In this document: piece after piece, positions 18,293-27,503 of the stretch | How the letters are laid out: every line of letters begins with the position of its first letter | Position numbering within the stretch: position 1 is the first letter of the stretch | DNA from: Elusimicrobiales bacterium | GTDB lineage: Bacteria; Elusimicrobiota; Elusimicrobia; Elusimicrobiales; UBA9959 | Direction: 5' to 3' | DNA: 64,000 nt | Assembly (NCBI GenBank): GCA_024681855.1 | Contig: JAILAB010000020.1 | Location: forward strand, 16,864 to 80,863 | The notes under the pieces: generated by a model | What the model was told of the DNA's origin: nothing | Databases searched by the model: none | What the model saw: only the letters and a program-made list of their open reading frames with translations | Program-made: the position numbers and the translations under genes

Positions 18293-18798
18293 AAAGAGAA
18301 TCACTAAAGCATTTAAGAGAACGATCTGAAGAAAGCATTGCATCGCTTGAAACAGAAATCTCTAATGCAGAAAAAATATTGCAAAATATTTCTTCTGCAT
18401 TTGATAAGAAGAGGCATAGCCTTAATGAAAAATGGCATAGCATAAGCAATAAGCTTCGCAATGAGAAGAGCATAAACATGGCAAATCTTGAGTCCTTGCG
18501 CAAAGAGTATGAAGCCAGGGAAAAGACAATGAGAAAACAGACAGCCGAAGCTCTTGCTGATCAAAAAAAGATTCTCCAGGAAGAAATACGCAAGCTGGAG
18601 GAAGAAATGAAAGCGCAAAAAAAAGATTTTAGCCTTAAAGAGAAGCTCTTAGAAGCCAGAGTTTCGGAGCTGGATGGTTTGCGCCAAAGCGCTAATGAAA
18701 AAATCAGAGCTCTTGAAGCTTCGCGAAATGAAGTTATGGAAAGGCTTAGAGCCGTGCTTGATAAAATTAATTTTATGCTGAAAGAAGAAAGAGTTTAA
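18289..18798 (+). CDS. coiled-coil protein of unknown function
   Basis: 169 aa, almost entirely heptad-like and K/E/L-rich. Its start overlaps the response-regulator stop (ATGA), implying translational coupling. Confidence 0.6.
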   Translation: MKRESLKHLRERSEESIASLETEISNAEKILQNISSAFDKKRHSLNEKWHSISNKLRNEKSINMANLESLRKEYEAREKTMRKQTAEALADQKKILQEEIRKLEEEMKAQKKDFSLKEKLLEARVSELDGLRQSANEKIRALEASRNEVMERLRAVLDKINFMLKEERV

Positions 18799-18835
18799 AG
18801 GTAAAACTTTCTTGATATTTGGGGAATGTGTTAAT

Positions 18836-19177
18836 ATGGAAGCAAAAGAAACTAAATCTGACAAAGTTACAGATTATTTCATTTATTTTAATGAAACAGA
18901 TAAAAATGACAGCGATCTTATTAAATATGCTTACAGGGAAGAAGCAAATAAGAGAATATATCTTGCCGGCAAAAGGCATAGAACTGCGGATACTTTTAAG
19001 CAGATCTTATATGCCGTGCTGGAGCTTTGTGAGGAAAATGATATTCTGTTAAAGAGAATAGAAAAAAATTTGGAGAGAATACAGATTTTGGAAGCCAGGC
19101 AAAAGAAGATTAATGATATGCTTCAAAAAGTTTTAGAAAGAGTGAAGGAGTATTCCCTTGAAGATATGGAAGGCTAA
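18836..19177 (+). CDS. hypothetical protein (113 aa, C-terminal coiled coil)
   Basis: ATG at 18836 (MEAKETKSDK...). The C-terminal LLKRIEKNLERIQILEARQKKINDMLQKVLERVKE is helical. I recognise no family. Confidence 0.5.
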   Translation: MEAKETKSDKVTDYFIYFNETDKNDSDLIKYAYREEANKRIYLAGKRHRTADTFKQILYAVLELCEENDILLKRIEKNLERIQILEARQKKINDMLQKVLERVKEYSLEDMEG

Positions 19178-19191
19178 GACAGGGAACTGAA

Positions 19192-20706
19192 ATGGAAAAC
19201 ACTTTTTTTGATTTAGAGGACAAAGAGAATGAGCATGCTTCGGAAATTCCTCTTGCCGCGCGGCTTGCCCCTAAAACCCTGGAGGAATTTTTTGGCCAGG
19301 AAAATATTCTAGGCGAAGGAAAGCTGCTTCGCCGGGCTATAGAGGCAGGCACTTTAAAGTCAGCAGTTTTTTTTGGGCCTCCAGGCTGCGGCAAAACAGC
19401 TTTAGCCCGTTTCATAGCGTCAAAAGCAGATGCTAAAACATTTGATTTGAACGCAGTGATGGCCGGAGTGGCAGACCTAAAAAAAATAATAGATTTTGCC
19501 AGAAGCATGAGCAGGGGCATAGCTAAAAGACAGAAAGTGCTGCTTGTGCTTGATGAAATACATCATTTCAACCGCACGCAGCAGGATGTGCTGCTTCCGT
19601 CTGTGGAACGGGGGGAAATCATACTTATAGGCATGACTACCGAAAATCCGTTCTTTTATATAAACCAGGCCCTTCTTTCCCGTTTTATTGTTGTGGAATT
19701 TAAGCAGCTCGGTTTTAAAGCGCTTGAGGGCATTTTTGAAAGAGCTTTAAAGCATAAAGAGGGCCTTGCTCTTCTTAAAGCCTGTTTTACACCTGAAGCC
19801 AAGAGATACCTGATAGATAATTCATCTGGAGATGCCCGCCGTCTTTTGAATGCCGCAGAGCTGGCTGCCATAACCACTAAGCCGGGAGAAGACGGAATAA
19901 GGCATATAGATTTAGCCGTTGCTGAAGAATCCATACAGCGCAGATCCTTGCGCTATGACAAAAGTTCTGATGAGCATTATGATCATATATCCGCATTTAT
20001 AAAAAGCATGCGCGGTTCAGATCCTGATGCGGCGGCATACTGGCTTGCCAAAATGCTTGAGGCAGGCGAAGACCCCAGATTTATTGCCCGGCGAATACTG
20101 ATATGCGCTTCTGAAGATGTCGGCAATGCCAATCCAATGGCTCTTGTTCTGGCTCAATCCGCATTTAACGCCGTGCAGGTTTTGGGAATGCCTGAGTCTA
20201 GAATAATACTGTCCCAAGCCGCCATATATGTGGCTTCCTCGCCTAAATCCAATGCCTCTTACCTGGCTATAAACGAAGCATCTTCGGAAGCGCTGCATGG
20301 TCCGGAGAGGCCTGTTCCGCTGCATTTGCGGGATGGATCGCGCGATGGAGATGCATTGGGACATGGCAAAGGATATAAATATCCGCATGACTATCCGGGC
20401 CATTATGTTAAGCAGGAATACATGCCTAAACATAAAATTTTTTACCGTCCGTCTGAAAATGGATTTGAAATAGAGATAGGCCGCCGCCTGCGCCGCCTGC
20501 GCGGAGAAAAAGAAATTCCGGAGCAAATCCATTGCGGCAAGGAAGATGAAACAGATAAAAAACATTCTGGGAAACATGACTGTAAAAATGAAAAAGCAGA
20601 GGTGTCCATGGAAAAATCAGATGCCGCTGTGTCTGTCAATAATCCGGGGAAAGAAACGGAAAATTCTGTTTTAGCCTCATTAGAAAATGAAGGGGATAAT
20701 TTATGA
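19192..20706 (+). CDS. rarA: replication-associated recombination protein A (AAA+ ATPase RarA/MgsA)
   Basis: GPPGCGKTALA Walker A, LVLDEIHHFN Walker B, and C-terminal MgsA blocks (YDHISAFIKSMRGSDPDAAAYWLAKMLEAGEDPRFIARR). Carries an extra charged tail of about 70 aa. Confidence 0.9.
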   Translation: MENTFFDLEDKENEHASEIPLAARLAPKTLEEFFGQENILGEGKLLRRAIEAGTLKSAVFFGPPGCGKTALARFIASKADAKTFDLNAVMAGVADLKKIIDFARSMSRGIAKRQKVLLVLDEIHHFNRTQQDVLLPSVERGEIILIGMTTENPFFYINQALLSRFIVVEFKQLGFKALEGIFERALKHKEGLALLKACFTPEAKRYLIDNSSGDARRLLNAAELAAITTKPGEDGIRHIDLAVAEESIQRRSLRYDKSSDEHYDHISAFIKSMRGSDPDAAAYWLAKMLEAGEDPRFIARRILICASEDVGNANPMALVLAQSAFNAVQVLGMPESRIILSQAAIYVASSPKSNASYLAINEASSEALHGPERPVPLHLRDGSRDGDALGHGKGYKYPHDYPGHYVKQEYMPKHKIFYRPSENGFEIEIGRRLRRLRGEKEIPEQIHCGKEDETDKKHSGKHDCKNEKAEVSMEKSDAAVSVNNPGKETENSVLASLENEGDNL

Positions 20707-22085
20707 TCCGTTTTGGCGGTTTTGACGGCGGACATGATGCCGAAAAAGATGACAGCTGGCTTTCGCCTGATGGCGGGCCAGGCAGTGAACAGGAAGTTAT
20801 CTATTCTGTATCAGAAATAACGCAGGATATAAAAGCTTATCTTGCCCGTTCATTTTCGCATATCTGCGTGCGCGGAGAAGTTTCAGGCGTAAAAAGGGCT
20901 TCAAGCGGGCATACATATTTTGATTTGAAAGATGAAAAGTCAGTAATTAACTGCGTTCTTTATAAATGGGCTGCTCCCAAATTTCGCCAGGAAGTGGCAA
21001 ACGGCATGCAAATGCGGGTATGGGGCTCTATAACTGTTTATAACAGCCGTTATCAGATAAGCATAGTTAATCTTGAGGAAGAAGGCCTTGGCCAGCTTCA
21101 GATAGCTTTTGAAAAGCTTAAACAAAAGCTGCAGGCAGAAGGGCTTTTTGATGCTTCCAGAAAACGTACGCTTCCGGCATTCCCTAAACAGATAGGCGTT
21201 GTAACTTCGCCGACAGGCGCTGCCATAAGGGACATACTTTCTGTATTGCGCCGTCGCGGCGGTAATTTGCGGATAATACTTTCCCCTGCCATGGTGCAGG
21301 GTAAAGGCTCTGCTGAAGATATTGCCGCTGCCATAAAAGCCCTGAATGACAATTTTCCAGAAACAGATGTGATGCTTGTGGGGCGTGGCGGAGGCTCTAT
21401 TGAAGATTTATGGTCATTCAATGAGGAAATAGTAGCCAGAGCCATTGCCTCTTCACGAATACCTGTAATCTCCTGCGTAGGTCATGAGATAGACACTACC
21501 ATTGCTGACTTTGTGGCCGACAAGCGGGCGGAAACCCCATCTGCCGCAGCAGAAATGGTAGTGAAAAGCCGGGAAGAAGTTATTCAAAAAGTGGAAAATC
21601 TTAAAAAAAGGCTTTTGCAAGGCTTGCGCATATACTATGAGAACCTGAGCGGGCGATTTCAGAAGCTGGCATCCTGCCGCATTCTTTCAAATCCTCTGGC
21701 CTTGCTTGAAAAGCCTGCCAGAACCCTCGACGACGCTATAGAAGGACTTATAAGGGCGGAAGACCGCCTTGTATTAAAAAAAGAGCATGAGCTTAAGCTT
21801 TTGTCTGAAAAAATGCAGGCCTTAAGTCCCCTGTTCCCGCTTAAAAAAGGATATGCCCTGGTTAGGGACATGGCAGGCAATGCGGTGAGGGATGCTTCAA
21901 TGCTAAGCAAAGGGGACAGGCTTGCCCTTAGCTTCCATAAAGGCAAAGCCATTGCGGAAGTTATGGGGACAGAATCTGCGGCAGCAGGAATGCAAGATTC
22001 TCTCTTTTTATTGCCTAAAAGCAAGGGCCGCACAAAGAACAGGATAAAAAAACAGGAAAATCCTGATCAGGAGACATTATGGTAA
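20703..22085 (+). CDS. xseA: exodeoxyribonuclease VII large subunit
   Basis: 460 aa. OB-fold N-terminus (VRGEVSGVKRASSGHTYFDLKD), IGVVTSPTGAAIRDIL, GRGGGSIEDLWSFNEE. ATGA overlap with rarA. Confidence 0.9.
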   Translation: MIRFGGFDGGHDAEKDDSWLSPDGGPGSEQEVIYSVSEITQDIKAYLARSFSHICVRGEVSGVKRASSGHTYFDLKDEKSVINCVLYKWAAPKFRQEVANGMQMRVWGSITVYNSRYQISIVNLEEEGLGQLQIAFEKLKQKLQAEGLFDASRKRTLPAFPKQIGVVTSPTGAAIRDILSVLRRRGGNLRIILSPAMVQGKGSAEDIAAAIKALNDNFPETDVMLVGRGGGSIEDLWSFNEEIVARAIASSRIPVISCVGHEIDTTIADFVADKRAETPSAAAEMVVKSREEVIQKVENLKKRLLQGLRIYYENLSGRFQKLASCRILSNPLALLEKPARTLDDAIEGLIRAEDRLVLKKEHELKLLSEKMQALSPLFPLKKGYALVRDMAGNAVRDASMLSKGDRLALSFHKGKAIAEVMGTESAAAGMQDSLFLLPKSKGRTKNRIKKQENPDQETLW

Positions 22086-22414
22086 ATGAAAAAAATATAA
22101 ATGAGCAGGAAGTACCGGGGCAGGCTTTTAATAAACCTTCTCCAGCCATACGTGAAGATGCCGGAAATGATGTAATTATTAAGAATAAAGAGCAGGATAC
22201 AGGCTTTGAAGCCAGGCTTGCCCGCCTGCAGGAAATAGTCTCTGTGCTTGAAAATGAGAATACTCCGCTTGAAAAGTCCTTAGCCGTATTTGAAGAGGGC
22301 GTTAAAATATCTAAGGAACTTAGCGAAACGCTGGACAATATAAAGCAGAAAATAGAGATTTTGAAAAAAGATGCCGAAGGCAAGCTGCAGCTAAGGCCTT
22401 TTGATGAACAGTGA
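22079..22414 (+). CDS. xseB: exodeoxyribonuclease VII small subunit (with N-terminal extension)
   Basis: FEARLARLQEIVSVLENENTPLEKSLAVFEEGVKISKEL matches the XseB helical hairpin. Overlaps the xseA stop. Confidence 0.8.
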   Translation: MVNEKNINEQEVPGQAFNKPSPAIREDAGNDVIIKNKEQDTGFEARLARLQEIVSVLENENTPLEKSLAVFEEGVKISKELSETLDNIKQKIEILKKDAEGKLQLRPFDEQ

Positions 22415-22518
22415 GTTTTTTACTATTGATTATGCTCATTTCTTTTCAGTCTATACGGCTTGATTTTTTATTCCATACAGCCTGCGATAAATAAGGCGGG
22501 GCGCAGTAAGGGCAGATT

Positions 22519-23253
22519 ATGAAAATAAGGCTTGATGTCGCTTGCGTAAAACAAGGCCTTTTTGAAAGCAGGGAAAAAGCCTTGCGCGCCATAATGGCTG
22601 GGGAAGTGCTGCTTAATGGACAGAAAGCGGAAAAGGCTGGAATGCCGGTGCGGGACGGAGACATTGTTTCCCTGGCTATTCCCTCATGTCCATTTGTTTC
22701 CCGTGCCGGCTTAAAATTGCAGGGCGCATTAGACCTGTTCGGAATAAACCCTTCGGGCAGAATATGCCTTGATGTGGGAGTTGCGACCGGAGGCTTTACT
22801 GACTGCTTCTTGCAGAATGGCGCGGCTAAAGCTTATGCCGTTGACGTTGGCGAGGGCCAGCTCCATGAGAAAATAAAAAATAATCCGAAAGTTATTTTCA
22901 TACCGCAGACAAATGCCCGTTTCCTTCATAAAGATTTTTTTAGGGAAAAACCAGATTTATGCGCCATTGATGTTTCTTTTATTTCATTAAAATTAGTTTT
23001 AGGGCCTGTTTTTTCTTCATTAGCTGCGTCGGCGGAAGCTGTTGTGCTTATAAAACCCCAGTTTGAATTGCAGGCAAAGGACTTGCGCCGAGGCATAGTA
23101 AAAGATGAAGAAACAAGGCAGAGTGTTCCTGCTGATTTGCGGCATTGGCTGGCTGAAAATATGCCGGATATAAAAGAAGAAGGCCTTGCTGATTCTCCTC
23201 TGAAAGGGACGAAAGGCAATTTGGAATTTATCTGGCACCTGCGCAAAGGCTGA
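22519..23253 (+). CDS. tlyA: TlyA-family rRNA 2'-O-methyltransferase (S4 + FtsJ domains)
   Basis: N-terminal S4-like RLDVACVKQGLFESREKALRAIMAGEVLLNG, the SAM motif LDVGVATGGFTDCFLQNGA, and DVSFISL. Confidence 0.85.
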   Translation: MKIRLDVACVKQGLFESREKALRAIMAGEVLLNGQKAEKAGMPVRDGDIVSLAIPSCPFVSRAGLKLQGALDLFGINPSGRICLDVGVATGGFTDCFLQNGAAKAYAVDVGEGQLHEKIKNNPKVIFIPQTNARFLHKDFFREKPDLCAIDVSFISLKLVLGPVFSSLAASAEAVVLIKPQFELQAKDLRRGIVKDEETRQSVPADLRHWLAENMPDIKEEGLADSPLKGTKGNLEFIWHLRKG

Positions 23254-23416
23254 ATTTGTCATTATTCCTGCCTTAAATATACATAAACTGTCTGACTTGT
23301 TTTATCATGGGGAAAATTGTTTTGCCGCAGGCTTAAATCAGTTCATTCAGATTCCAGACAGCATTGGCAGGACTGTGCCTATGTTTTGCTAATTCTAAAA
23401 ATTATATAATTTAAGC

Positions 23417-23647
23417 ATGAAGAAAAACTCTGCGGACACGGATAAGAACAAGGACAGCCTGTCTTATAGGTTTGACACGGCAATGGACTATCTGCAAATT
23501 GCCATGCAAACTTTCATAATGGTGCCTTTTATCTTGCTGGGCGCTTTATTCGCTAATAAAATCGGCGATATAATTGAAATTGCCGATAATAATAACTGCA
23601 CTATAGCGGAAGCCGCAGCGATATGGTCAGCTTCCCAAAATCTGTAA
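23417..23647 (+). CDS. small membrane protein (76 aa), unknown function
   Basis: One predicted TM segment (FIMVPFILLGALFA). Has its own strong terminator downstream. No SD sequence. TATAAT at 23405-23410 ends 6 nt before the ATG. Confidence 0.4.
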   Translation: MKKNSADTDKNKDSLSYRFDTAMDYLQIAMQTFIMVPFILLGALFANKIGDIIEIADNNNCTIAEAAAIWSASQNL

Positions 23648-23663
23648 AATTTTCTGTAAAACG

Positions 23664-23702
23664 AAAAAGCCAGGCTTTGTTTGTCTCTAAGCCTGGCTTT
23701 TT
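23664..23702. terminator. bidirectional rho-independent terminator between convergent genes
   Basis: aaaaagccaggct-(13 nt)-agcctggcttttt: a 9-bp perfect stem flanked by an A-run and a T-run. Confidence 0.8.
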
Positions 23703-23740
23703 GTTGTTATCAATGCTTATTTATAAATCAGCTTTATGAT

Positions 23741-25039
23741 TTATTCTGCCTTGCGGTCAAAAATCATTAGCGATTCCGCATGCGGAGTATTGGGATAAAA
23801 ATCAAATCCGGCACATCGCATGAGATTGTATTTTTCTAGCAGGATGGCCGCATCCCTGCCCTGAGTTATCGGATTGCAGGAGAGATAAATTATCCTTTTA
23901 GGCTGTATTTCCATTATATGATTCATGGCTTTAGGATGCAGGCCTGATCTTGGCGGATCTACGGCAAGAATATCAGTGCCTTTTAGCTGCTCCGCATCAG
24001 TTTTTTCTGTCATTGAGCATATATGCCTGAAATTGCTTATTCCGTTCTGTCTGGCATTCATTTCCGCAAATTTTGCGGATGCCGGCGCAGCTTCCACGGA
24101 AAGCAGACTGTCCGCGCAGCTGCCAATAGATAATCCTATAACGCCAACGCCAGAATATAAATCAGTGAATTTTCGGCAAGGGAACATAGAGTTTTGCATT
24201 TCTTTCAGAGCCTCAGTGAAAAGAGGAATATTGTTCTGAAAGAAGCAGTCAAAGCCGAAAGATATTTTCTTCCCCAAGATTTGCTCTGTAAGATAGTCTG
24301 TTCCTGTCTGCTTTAGGACTTTAGTAGTAACGCTTGAGGATATTTTGGGGTCTGAATATACTAGAATAAAGCCGTTTAGGCTGTTTTGCTCAGGCAAGGG
24401 GAAATCAATGTCTTCCCTGGTTATGAATAATGAAGCCACGCATTCATCCGTGTTTTTCGTTTCCCTTATAATTAAAGTTTTAAGGTCTTCGCAAGATAGG
24501 CCTTTCTGGTTTATTATCCTTAATATTGCTTTAGCGGCGGCATTGGTCTTGCTTCCGGCTAATATGCAGCCGTCTTCCAGCGGTATCCTCTGCTTCCAGT
24601 TGCCGCGCTTGTGGAAAGCCAGCGATATTTTTCCTGGTTCGCCTATGAAACTGTACTCTATTTTTGTCCTATAGCCGAATAGATTTTCGGCTTTGTAAAA
24701 TTTGTCAATTTTAACTGGAGCGCGCATGGACTGCATGAATGCTTCCTCTATGAGCTGCCGCTTCAGTTCTGCCTGGCATGAATATTCTATTGTTTGCCAT
24801 GGGGAACAGCACATATAATGCTCTTCTTTCGGATTTATCCTCTTGGGAGAAGGCTTTATTATCTCTAAAAGCTCTGCTTCGGCGAAGTTTTTCTTTTCGT
24901 AGGAGGTTATTACTCTTGCGGTTTCTCCAGGAAGCGCGCCATAACAGAAAATAACTTTTCCCTCGCTATGGCCTAGCGCTTTGCCTTCTCCAGCCATTTT
25001 CTCAAATTCAAGAATTATTTCTCTTTTAGGCTTTCTCAT
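23741..25039 (-). CDS. TRAM-domain RNA (uracil-5-)-methyltransferase, RlmD/TrmA family
   Basis: 432 aa. N-terminal TRAM-like beta domain, SAM motif DLYSGVGVIGLS, DPPRSGL, and the catalytic region YLSCNP. Confidence 0.8.
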   Translation of the reverse strand: MRKPKREIILEFEKMAGEGKALGHSEGKVIFCYGALPGETARVITSYEKKNFAEAELLEIIKPSPKRINPKEEHYMCCSPWQTIEYSCQAELKRQLIEEAFMQSMRAPVKIDKFYKAENLFGYRTKIEYSFIGEPGKISLAFHKRGNWKQRIPLEDGCILAGSKTNAAAKAILRIINQKGLSCEDLKTLIIRETKNTDECVASLFITREDIDFPLPEQNSLNGFILVYSDPKISSSVTTKVLKQTGTDYLTEQILGKKISFGFDCFFQNNIPLFTEALKEMQNSMFPCRKFTDLYSGVGVIGLSIGSCADSLLSVEAAPASAKFAEMNARQNGISNFRHICSMTEKTDAEQLKGTDILAVDPPRSGLHPKAMNHIMEIQPKRIIYLSCNPITQGRDAAILLEKYNLMRCAGFDFYPNTPHAESLMIFDRKAE

Positions 25040-25150
25040 TTATATATTCCCTATATTTCAAGTTTTAGCTTAATTTCTTTATTTATATGCTACTATAATT
25101 AAAAGACGCAATAAAAGAAGCTTCTTTTCCGCAAGGAAGGTTTAAATGAT

Positions 25151-26383
25151 ATGAAAGAATTGTTTAAGGAATTGAATTTTTTTGCGAAGAAATACGGGGA
25201 TAAGATAGGCCGCTATCTTGAAAAGAAATTTGACACTCAGGAAAAAATTGTGCGCAAGCTGGACTTAGCCCTATTTATTCTTGCCTTGCTTGCTCTTTCT
25301 ATTAATATGTCTACCTGCGTGAAGGTTTTTGCTAATGCGCCAATAAACGAGAGGATAAGCCGTCCTGCCATGGCAAGAGCTTCATCTTGGTTTTATGCGT
25401 CAGGCCCTCTTGAGCCATTGCCTGTTTTTGCATTAAAAGTTCCAATGCTGGTCTCAAAGGCAAATCCTATAAAAATTCAGAGGGCAGAAGGCTGCATTGT
25501 GTTTGTCTTGATTTTTTTTGCTTTCATAAAAGTTGTTTCTGCCAGAGTTTCCCGTTCTGCCGCTTTGTATTCTTCTGTAATATTAGCGGGCATTCCCTGG
25601 CTAGGTTATTATGCCATGACTGGCAGCGCAATGCTTTTCTCATTGCTTTTTTTGCTGCTTTACTGGGATTATTCTGATATTTCAAGGCTAAACTATGAAA
25701 GGGCAGTTTATGCAGGTCTTTGCGCTGCTGCGGCTTGCCTGTGCCGGACAGAAAGCGTCTTCTTCATTATTATTAATACTTTATTTTTCATTCCTGAATG
25801 CAAAGCTGGCAGCAAATGGAGGCATATAGGGCTGGTTTTCGCTATACTGCTTTTTCTTTCCGCACCTTACTTTATATGGCAGAAATCTCATTTCGGCAAT
25901 GCCTTTTATGGGCAGGAAATGGGGCTTACCAGGCTTATAAATGCGGAAATAAGCAATCTTGGCCTTGATAAGGAGTACGTGAAGCAGCCTTCAAGCCTCT
26001 TTCAGTTCCTTTTCCGGGATGGTTTCATGGCTGCGCTTGCCGCTCCCTTCAAGGGACTGCTTCAGGCTCTTACTTTTGAGTTCCCCCGAGCCATTTATTA
26101 CAAGATAGCGATACTCTTTGCATTTATCGGTCTTTATTTTTCATATATGAAAAGCAGCAAAATTTTTTACTCGCTATGGCTTTCGGCTTTTATTCCTGTT
26201 TGTTTTTTCGCATATATGAACATTGTTCAGCGCAATGGCGAGCCTGCCGGAGGAATACCATTGGAATATTATTTGTCATCGCTTCCTGGAATTATTGCGG
26301 CAGCCGGATATGGCTTGCAGGAATCATGCCGTTATTTTTCTGAATGGCTGGCTCGCAAATATCCGCAAGGATTTAAGAGATAG
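25151..26383 (+). CDS. polytopic integral membrane protein (possibly a GT-C-type glycosyltransferase)
   Basis: 410 aa with about 9-10 hydrophobic segments. Only weak resemblance to the ArnT/PMT family and no motif I can name. Confidence 0.45.
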   Translation: MKELFKELNFFAKKYGDKIGRYLEKKFDTQEKIVRKLDLALFILALLALSINMSTCVKVFANAPINERISRPAMARASSWFYASGPLEPLPVFALKVPMLVSKANPIKIQRAEGCIVFVLIFFAFIKVVSARVSRSAALYSSVILAGIPWLGYYAMTGSAMLFSLLFLLLYWDYSDISRLNYERAVYAGLCAAAACLCRTESVFFIIINTLFFIPECKAGSKWRHIGLVFAILLFLSAPYFIWQKSHFGNAFYGQEMGLTRLINAEISNLGLDKEYVKQPSSLFQFLFRDGFMAALAAPFKGLLQALTFEFPRAIYYKIAILFAFIGLYFSYMKSSKIFYSLWLSAFIPVCFFAYMNIVQRNGEPAGGIPLEYYLSSLPGIIAAAGYGLQESCRYFSEWLARKYPQGFKR

Positions 26384-26514
26384 TCAGGCCATCTATTGCA
26401 TTAATGCCTTAGCCTTGCTGTCTCTGTAAGCGCAGGCTGTCTGTTTTGAAAATGTTTCCTGTGATATGACGCTGTTTGTCTGATTATCTTTTTGAATGTT
26501 TTGAGGTTAGCTTT

Positions 26515-27447
26515 ATGAAGAAAATAAATATTTCTAAAGAAACAATGTTTGCTTCTTTCATCATTGTTTTCTTTCTCATTCCTTTCCTGCTCATTATTTT
26601 TCAGTTCCGCAGCAATGCTGTTTATATGAGAAAGCTGTATGCCTCAAGTTATCTTGAAATGCGCACGCATACTGCCGCCAGGCTTGTTTCAGATATGCTT
26701 GTTACGAATTATAATCTGTCTGACATTTCCAATGCGGCTGAGTTCAGGAGCAAAGGCAAGGCTTCCATTCCCGCGCTTGCCGCTAAGATGCCTGCGCCGT
26801 TCTATGAAATAGTGCTGCTTGATGAAAAAGGCATTGAGACATACCGCTTTTCATCCGGGAAAAAGACGGATTATTCTTATGAACACAGCGAAGGAGTTAA
26901 GACTGCCATACAAACAGGAATGTCCAATGGCATGGTTGAGTATGACAGGTATATGCCTCCCGTGCTTGCTGAAGTTGAGCCGGTTCATGACAGGAGCGGC
27001 AAGGGCAAAATATCATTTATCGCTGGCCGTTTCAGTCTTGCCTCAATGTGTGAGCTTGTAAAGAGGCTAGGCAAGAATTCTTATGGAAATATGGGACTTT
27101 TAGATTCTGGAGGACAGGTAATAGCTGATTCTCTTGGGGTTTTTTCCATGGCCAGGACTGGACGGGCTGCTCCAGAGGAGATTTTGAAGTCGCTTGAATA
27201 TTCTAGAAAATCTAATATGAGCAGCAGCGTGCATTCAGTTAAAAGCGAAAAAGCTGAGTATCTTATTTCTCTTGCCAATGTGGATGGTACTGACTGGTGG
27301 TTTTATGAAGTCCTTGACACCAGTTTCATGCCGCTGTCTAAAGACGGATTGCAGTTTAAGCATGCTGTTATTTTCGGCATTCTGCTTATAATTATTTCTG
27401 GCATTGCCTCTACAATTTTGGCTAAGAGCCTTTTCTCTAATGAGTGA
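26515..27447 (+). CDS. membrane protein with a TM - periplasmic Cache-like domain - TM layout and no cytoplasmic output domain
   Basis: ATG at 26515 with a GAGG RBS. TM1 is FASFIIVFFLIPFLLIIF. The loop of about 250 aa has Cache-like blocks (FYEIVLLDEKGIETYRF, GNMGLLDSGGQVIADS, TDWWFYEV). TM2 is AVIFGILLIIISGIASTIL, and the protein ends 9 aa later. Confidence 0.5.
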   Translation: MKKINISKETMFASFIIVFFLIPFLLIIFQFRSNAVYMRKLYASSYLEMRTHTAARLVSDMLVTNYNLSDISNAAEFRSKGKASIPALAAKMPAPFYEIVLLDEKGIETYRFSSGKKTDYSYEHSEGVKTAIQTGMSNGMVEYDRYMPPVLAEVEPVHDRSGKGKISFIAGRFSLASMCELVKRLGKNSYGNMGLLDSGGQVIADSLGVFSMARTGRAAPEEILKSLEYSRKSNMSSSVHSVKSEKAEYLISLANVDGTDWWFYEVLDTSFMPLSKDGLQFKHAVIFGILLIIISGIASTILAKSLFSNE

Positions 27448-27503
27448 CTGAATAGGCCTTTTGTCCCTTGTATGAATTAAGTAAGGGGTGTATACTTTTT
27501 AGT

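Noticed and set aside
23405-23419. TATAAT ending 6 nt before the ATG of the 76-aa ORF, suggesting a leaderless mRNA
   Set aside because: The geometry fits a leaderless transcript, but a single -10-like hexamer in AT-rich DNA is weak evidence and the small ORF itself is unverified. TSS mapping would be needed.
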